Part shown: in pieces, positions 56,868 through 64,000 of the stretch
Numbering within the stretch: the first letter of the stretch is position 1
How the letters are laid out: each line of letters opens with the position of its first letter
NCBI GenBank assembly: GCA_001949185.1
Contig: BDGG01000010.1
Coordinates: forward strand, 1,249,773 to 1,313,772
Length of the DNA: 64,000 nt
Direction: 5' to 3'
From: Ramazzottius varieornatus
Lineage: Eukaryota; Animalia; Tardigrada
Notes under the pieces: generated by a model
The model's input: only the letters and a program-made list of their open reading frames with translations
Told to the model about the DNA's origin: nothing
The model's database searches: none
Translations under genes and position numbers: made by a program

Positions 56868-57957
56868 GCAGATTGCAAGTACCTGCGTACTCCCTTAGCG
56901 GTGGTCAAAGGTTCAAGGTTCAAGGTTCGGCGATGTTGTATGGCGTCAAGATTCAAAATCATTTCTACACGGAAGCAACTCGTCTTAAGTTATAATCTTG
57001 TCTCTAATTTGAACGGCTGAATTTCTTGAATAATTTGTTCACTCTCTCTTGTCTCTTTTCGTTACTGTCTTTAAGGATGCAGCGGGTGCATTGTGTGATG
57101 GCTGGAATCAGTGAGTTTCACTTTGTTGTCGACTGGACACACTGTTCATGGTAAGGCTACCACTGTTTGTAGACGGTCATAGGCTCCTGACTCCTGAGCC
57201 TCTTCTGGATAACGAAGTAGCTGTTCATCTTGTTCAAGATTTATGTATGAAGTTCGAATGTTCCTTCATACGCGAATAAAACGTTCATGTCTGTATCACG
57301 GCGGTCTGATGTCCGAAGTGGAGGTCTGCGTACTTTTTCAGAGCGGCTGTCCAAGATCAAGTACAGCCCAACTGAAAGACGGAATGGCTGACAAAAATGC
57401 TATATCATGGTGATTTGACAAAATCGTTGCTAAATAAAGTCAGTTGATTAGCTGATTCAGACAGAAAAGACGTGCTTTTGCGCATTGATTTTGATAGATG
57501 GGTGAGTTGTATTGTTGTATGGCAAGCCGGAAGTGCTTTCCAGTGTTGGCACCGGAATGTTCACCGGCTTGGTCTACTGTGCCATTCTGCCATTTGCCAT
57601 ATTCCATTTCGAAAAATTTCCATTGGTCCATTTTAGCCGCACCAAGCTGACCAAAATGGTTCAGACAGCTCGGAACTGAGCTGTGAGCTTGACGCTTACA
57701 AGTGTGAGTCACTGCGAAAGAGAAACATTATGTAACATCGACAAGCAATAAACTAATCAAACGGCAACACAGACAATAGCTTTGAAGACGACGAAAGGGT
57801 TATCTTCTGAAACTTGCGTGGTCTCCTGAATTTTCTATCCAATATCCCAGCTTCTTATCCCAGGCCTACTGCGACTACAGCGTGGAAGTGTGATTCAGGT
57901 AGGCCTCGTCTGGATTATTTGCTTGCGGTGTGGTGGCAAGATCTGACACTGCTGCAG

Positions 57958-58854
57958 ATGACCGAGGCGGAGTGCGGCGCGGCTGCAAATGGAGATCTCT
58001 CCACAATGATTACTTCCAGCAAGGTGGACGCAAATTCTTCTGAAAGGACAGTCAAGATACGAGTGATGGAGGACGATACGAACATGCGTCTTGAAGATTT
58101 CACGCAAAGTTTTGCTACAGGTAAGAGCTAACGTTTGGTCCTACCCAGATTAACTCGCGCACGTTGGTTGTCTTGTTTCTGGGTGGATGGTACTTTCCTA
58201 CATCGGCAGTTTAGTAACCGGCCACGTCTCTATACTGTAGGTCAAGTTGTGTGGGCTATCAACAAGGGCTGGCACAACGCCAAGATCATCGCAATGGAGA
58301 CGGACAAATATCCCAGTGACCACAGCTTTCCGGTCCCTGTTTACAAGGTTCACTATCTCCGCTTTGGAAAAAGGCAAGCGCGGAATTATTCCGGACCTCA
58401 AACATGGCTGACTGCACCTTTTGCTTAGGTACGACGAGTGGATGTTTGGCGATTCGATCATGCTCGTTGGCCCTGAGAATGATGCGAAGGCCGCAGCCGA
58501 AAATGAAGCCTTCGTGAAAACCACGTAGGTTCGACAGAAAGAAGCATTGGCCATGGACTTTATCCTATAAGATGGACTAATCTGTCCAAATTTTGATGTT
58601 TCAGGGTGACTAAGCGAATGAGAAAGAAAGCGACAAAGAAAGGGGAGACGGGAATGGAGACGGTGAAGGAGAATGAGAGCATGCCGAAAGCCGTTACTCC
58701 TTTATACTCCACGGAAACCCTTCCAGAAATTTCGGATGTGCGTAAAAATTCGGTGCTGGACAGTAGCTTTGATGGTCCTCATTCAAATATGGCAGAGGTC
58801 GAAGTCAGTACGGAACATGTTCAAGTTAGTCCGAACTTGATTCTGGTTCGATGA
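57958..58854 (+). CDS. Chromo-barrel (Tudor-knot) domain gene inside the transposon; further degenerate exons to ~59504
   Basis: Exons 57958-58120, 58241-58373, 58429-58524, 58605-: FATGQVVWAINKGWHNAKII...YKVHYLRFGKRYDEWMFGDSIM, an MRG15/MSL3/MOF-type pattern. Confidence 0.8.
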
Positions 58855-59947
58855 AATCACTCGCAGTATGCTTGATAGTAATCGTCGCATGATGGTGAGA
58901 AAGCAGAAGATGATGATGATTGGTGGGAGATTGACAGCGGTAAGTGTCAAGCAGCTTTCCTACAGCAAGTGGGTTGGTTGACAACCCACACGCTGAACTT
59001 GACAAGAATGCTTTTCCAAGTGGCGCACGTGCTCAGTGTAGATAGTTGAAAGCGTGTGCCGGTTGGTGGACCAAACTGTACTTGCAATTTTCAGAGGTCG
59101 ACCACCAAAAACTTATAGCTTTGGACAAGACTGTCAACCTTGATGGAGTTGCCCGTAATCCGGAAGCCATCGCGACTCTCGAAACCGGCCAAGACGACGC
59201 AACGGTCCTTCTGGAACCGTGGTAAGGCGCTGTTGAACAGCACAACTAGTCCAGTTCACGCGATATTCAGGCTATTGGTAGCACCGTCCGATATATTGTG
59301 AACACCTACCAGTTCAGTTTGCATTAAAGCCAAGCCACTCCTGATCAAAAGTACGCTCGGAACAACATAACCTCTTTTGCAGAAGAGCTCAAGCCCAACT
59401 TCACTCTTTCCAAGAACGGCCTTATCGAGTTTCCCGACTACACCGGGCTCCGACTGGAATATATTCTGGGATACATTACCAAGGCATCCAGCAGATACGA
59501 CTAAGTCGCAACCCGTTCAAGCTAACTTGGCGCGGTCGACGATGCTGAGAAGAATAAGCCTGCTGTTCTTTCTTTTTTCTGTTCTGTTCTATTTTGGTTG
59601 GGTGTTCTGATTCCGTGAGTGAAACAGTAAACTCACATAAATCGAATCGGAGCCTGGATATCGGTCGTTGCAACTGAACGTAGTAGTGTTTGAGGAACTG
59701 CACAACGGTTTTAGCCTGATCAAGACTAACAAAGCTGCAACAGGCTGGTCGAGTGTGGAATGCGTCATCTAAACTAGTCCATCGCTCAAAACACATTGCG
59801 CGATAAGAAATATAGTTTTTCGCCGAAGCATTAACATTCCGAAAAGCATTATCTAAACCTTCGAGCCAACCCTCGAGTCAATCTACTACTTTCCCAACTG
59901 AGTCATCCAAACTGTTTTCGGTGATGGAAGAAGATCTGATATGCTCA

Positions 59948-60845
59948 CCTTGTCCTTCTACAAAGAAAGAAATTACTCGTTTTGCTGCGGACACCGTGTT
60001 CGAATAATAGCGGTGAAGGCAATAAAGTGGTCCCTCCAGGTCATCTTCCAACGTTTCCCAGCGGTTGTACTTGAAGTGCCATGTTCCGTTGCGGTCAGTA
60101 GCCAGAAGTAGAAACAGCGCGTGCTTTCTGCGACTCTTAGAGTTGCACGGCAGCCATTGCAGATCCCTGGAATTTGATTGGCATTGTAGCATTTGCGTAA
60201 GTTTCAGCAACTTCGATATCGCGCAGACGATCCAGCACGCTAGCTACACCGGCGCCGGTTTTGAAGAACTTCAGATCGTTACTGCAAAAGCATACCAATT
60301 TAGAAACGACTAGTTATGTTTTCGAGTTTTCACTTCTTACCATAGGTACAATGCACCCAGAAGAGAGTTTTCTTTCGAGGTTTTCTGTATTGGGACAACG
60401 CCGAGTTCGGCAAATATCCCGATTGGCTCTCCACTGAAAGAAAGCAGGCTTAATGTCATTGCAAACGTCGCGATTTGATGAGCCTTACAGTCAAGATTCA
60501 AGTGAACCTTCGAGTCAACCTTCAAGCCAACCTTCGAGCCAACCTCCGAGTCAACCTTCAAGTCAACTTTCGAGTCAACCTTCGAGTCAACCGTCAAGTC
60601 AGGTAACCTCTACCTTACCTGATTTCATCCGTAGCACTGGTTTCCTCGGTATCTGAAGAGCTGATAAAACTAACGGAGAGGTTCGAGACATCTGCTTCAT
60701 CACCGCTGTCATCGGACATATCCGCGATGGCCCTGCAGCGATGCACAAACATACGCCAGGTTTACGAATAACGCACCGATTTGCGAGGTTCGACTTACCT
60801 CTTCCTTTGCGAGCTTGAAGGAGGCGAGGATCCTGCCCGTGACAT
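59948..60845 (-). pseudogene. Spliced gene inside the transposon, convergent with the chromo gene; possible transposase 5' remnant
   Basis: Four phase-compatible exons (60845-60799, 60732-60619, 60433-60341, 60281-) with canonical GTAAG/CAG sites; the frame stops at 60137 while other frames stay open. Confidence 0.55.
60505..60600. repeat. 12-bp minisatellite (AACCTTCGAGTC)x8; two more units at 59856-59879
   Basis: Read directly from the sequence. Confidence 0.95.
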
Positions 60846-62522
60846 GTTGTGGTCCGTACTGTGCTTCCAAAGCTAAATGGGTGGATGGGATGTCTGCGAG
60901 GGAATCGAGAAAAGCATATGAACGGGTGTTGTTAAATGACAACAGGAGCGATGAATGGTTGTTTGCAAACAAGTTCATTCGAAAACATGCAAACATGTCA
61001 AATGGCGCTTGGATGCCATGCGCGCCAAGGCCATCGTAGGACTCATTGCCCGCTAAAGTTTGTGGTCGGTTCTTGGTTAGACCGAAATCAAGTCGACTCC
61101 TCCCACTGGACCGATGAAAATGGCAAATGGGAGATGGCAGAATGGCATAGTAGACCAAGCCATGTTCACCTGGCACACACTGACACACTGCTCAAGACTG
61201 AAGAGTCAGTTTAACTCCTCTTCTCCAGCAGATCGCATTCTCTTTCAGATCTTCCGTGGTTCCGACAGCAGCTTCTCCCTTGAACGGGATTGTATCGGAA
61301 AGCTCGTACTGTTCACTGATTCCGAGAAGCCGTATCGCGCAGCGATGTCCTTCAATGTGGAGAAGTAAGTACGTAATCTCGCCAATAACGGTCAATTCGT
61401 TGCCTTCAATATCAAGCATGGGCAACCGGTGCCGTTTCATGGCGTGCTCTCTAAAGCTTTTATGCAGACCTGTTCCCGGGATTGATGTATGTTCCTTTAT
61501 CTCTTCTTCTTTGCGTTGAGAGATGCTAGTAGCATTTGCTGGCGTAACCTGCTTTCTGTTCAGAACGGAGAAGAATGAAACTTTGGAGTGTCGCGCATGA
61601 CGTCACTTTGTGGGATCCTGCCTGGACCGTGTCAAAGTCAATAAAGGAAGGTGGCGTGGTTGTCTATCAACCCGCTTTTTTGTGTTTGTACTCTACAACA
61701 GCGCCCTCTGTCTCACCGTGGTGAGGAGTCAGGTGTGGTGATTTTCGTCAGTACGACGCGAACGGCCCTTCCAATCAATCGTAGGAGACGAATTTGATTG
61801 TTGAATTTGAAACGATGCAAATGACTCATTTGGCACACAAAAGTTTTGGAGGCATTTCCTTCAGAATTTCGAACTTTCAGGAGTTTCAAACTTTAACGCT
61901 TTCAGGAACTGGAGACGTTGGGAAATCATCGTGTACTCTATGCTCCTTTGCTGAAAACATTCTGTCGTTCCTCGTGGAACCGTTGAAATTGTAACACTGT
62001 TCTGTTTGCAGGATTGTTCTCCGTAACGCTTCTGCCTGATCGGAAATTCGCAGCCACAACCGTTGGGCAAAGGACCACTGGATGCGGAGCACTTTCGCGA
62101 TCATTTGTCCCTGTAAGTACTGCGAGAGCGCAGAAAGGTCTGTCATAGGCATTCCTAGGAGACATTCTGCGTTTAATGGCTGATTTCGAGCGAAGCTGAG
62201 CTTTGTGGTGGTAGACTTCATTAGAGGTGAATTCAAGGGCTTCGGGAATTAAATTTTGATTCCCTACGAGGCTGATTTCAAATCGGAGTAACTTGACAAG
62301 CTTTATACCACCATGAGTATGATGATGTGTCTCCGCAAAAGATCAGGGAGTAGTCCGGAGAAAATGGTGTGTAGGGCAGTTTCAAGCGGTGGTGACAACG
62401 GTTCAACGGCTAATTTTCAAAATGATCGAAGCCTTCGCAATCCCAACTGCCGTCAGCTTTCCTGGCGCGTTGTTTTATGGCCTGGTTGCTTCTAGAGTTC
62501 TGTGCTAACTCGGCGGTTGAAG

Positions 62523-64000
62523 ATGTCGTCGAGCGACGAGATGGAGCCCACACCGGTCAAGACCACTCCCAAGAAGAAGACGGGCAAACAGGCCCAGACT
62601 GTGGAGGAGCAGTATGTCAAGTTGAAGCTTGATGAGCAGATTCTGCTACGTCCGGACACCTATATTGGTTCTATTGCCACGGCAGAGAAAGTGGTAAGAT
62701 TAACGTAACATGGCCCGTTCTGCCCATGTAGTTGGGATTTGGGAGATGAGTAAACAAAATGTAGAAGATGGTTATCTCAAGTGGCGCACGTTTTCCTTGT
62801 TACTGGCCGGAAGGGTGCGTCACTCTAGATGGCAATCTTGTCTGTTGGTTGGCCAGCTCCCATTCGTCGTTAGTGCGCGTGGAATACGTGAAGCAATCAT
62901 CTGTTATGATTCTCTGCTTACAGAAAATGAGAATAGTGGACTTGAAAGAATTGAAGATCATCGAGGCGAAGATCGACTACGTTCCTGGCTTGTACAAGAT
63001 CTTTGACGAGATCGTGGTCAATGCAGCGGATAACAAACAGCGCGATCCGAAGATGGACAGGCTGGAAATTACGATTGAGCAGTAAGCGATGGCTGCTGTG
63101 TGCACAATATGTACGATCGAATGGAAGAAAATGAGATACCGGTCTAATGTTTGTAGGGAAAATAACGTGATCTCGGTGTTCAACAACGGAAGAGGCATTC
63201 CCATCACCAAACACGCGAAAGAAAAAGTCTGGATCCCAACCATGATTTTCGGTCATCTCCTGACATCGTCGAACTATCAAGACGATGACAAGAAGGTTGT
63301 AGGGGGTCGAAATGGGTACGGAGCGAAGCTGTGTAATCTGTTCTCGACGAAGTTTACAGTGGAGACAGCTTGCAAGAAGGGTGCCAACTACCCAGCTAAG
63401 ATCTTCAAGCAGGTACGGTACTTCACCAATAAAGCTTTATGTCCGAAACGATGTCTTACGTTGTTATATGGTTTTTCGATAGACATGGGAGCAGAACATG
63501 AAAGTCGGAGAAGAAAACTTCCAGATTCTGGCCAACGAAGACAGGAAAGAGTACACCAAAGTCACCTTCCAGCCAGATCTGCGCCGCTTCAACATGGAGA
63601 AGTTGGACGACCATATCGCTGGTCTGATGGCACGACGAGCTTTCGACTTGGCGGGAACATGTAAAGGTGTCAAAGTCAAGCTCAACACCAAGGAAATCAA
63701 GGTAATGTACCACCTCCGTTACTGTAAGTGTCGTGTTGACTAATTTGCGGTTTTCGTATAGGTGAACGGCTTCGAAGACTACGTCAAATTCCTCGTCAAA
63801 GACGCCAAAGACGAGTACGACAACCCGATCGAGAAGATTGCTTTCGCCAGGTCTGACCCCATCAAAGTGACCAACGAAGACGGCAAAGAGATCTCGCAGG
63901 TTCGCTGGGAAGTGGCTTGCGTGCCGAGTACGAACGGAGAGTTCCAGCAAGTTAGCTTCGTCAACAGTATCGCCACCACGAAGGTACCGTATATCTAGAA
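62523..64000 (+). CDS. top2: DNA topoisomerase II, 5' part (continues beyond window)
   Basis: ILLRPDTYIGS, YVPGLYKIFDEIVVNAADN, NNGRGIP, IFGHLLTSSNY, GGRNGYGAKLCN, YTKVTFQPDL, FQQVSFVNSIATTK. Confidence 0.98.

Larger units (their letters stand above)
57566..61161. mobile_element. Mutator-like DNA transposon (probably non-autonomous) with ~44-bp imperfect TIRs and 9-bp TSD
   Basis: Left end GGCTTGGTCTACTGTGCCATTCTGCCAT; reverse complement of right end GGCTTGGTCTACTATGCCATTCTGCCAT (27/28 identical). ATGTTCACC flanks both ends (57557-57565 and 61162-61170). Confidence 0.9.

Noticed and set aside
59690-59796. WTSLDDAFHTRP as a MULE catalytic DGTF motif
   Set aside because: Similarity is too weak to support without a profile search.
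60505-60600. Regular repeats as a CRISPR array
   Set aside because: Contiguous 12-mers with no spacers, in a eukaryotic intron; this is a minisatellite.
57566-61161. Element as PIF/Harbinger because the TIR starts GGC
   Set aside because: The TSD is 9 bp, not 3-bp TWA; Mutator fits best, though Merlin (8-9 bp) is not formally excluded.

Overview
Gene-dense eukaryotic (metazoan) DNA with short GT-AG introns, mostly 50-250 nt. The compactness is consistent with a tardigrade-like invertebrate, but that is an unverified inference. Recognisable genes in order: orphan spliced gene (-), C22orf39/UPF0545 (-), intronless EXD1-like (+), PKD2/TRPP channel (+), eEF2 (-, hosting a candidate C/D snoRNA), PKN (+), PPxY-tailed membrane protein (-), solitary 5S rRNA (+), reticulon (-), RGG-rich orphan ORF (+), atypical DUSP (+), F-box pseudogene (-), kynureninase (+), MDH1B (+), RBM24/38 (-), cytochrome P450 reductase (-), SMG6-like (+) and the 5' part of topoisomerase II (+). 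The most notable feature is a 3,596-bp element at 57566-61161. It has imperfect TIRs and a perfect 9-bp target-site duplication (ATGTTCACC), typical of Mutator-like elements. It carries two convergent spliced genes: one encodes a chromo-barrel (Tudor-knot) domain, the other is a decayed ORF with possible transposase zinc-finger remnants. About 12 copies of an 80-140 bp palindromic mini-element occur, all in introns. Exon boundaries were read by eye and are approximate.
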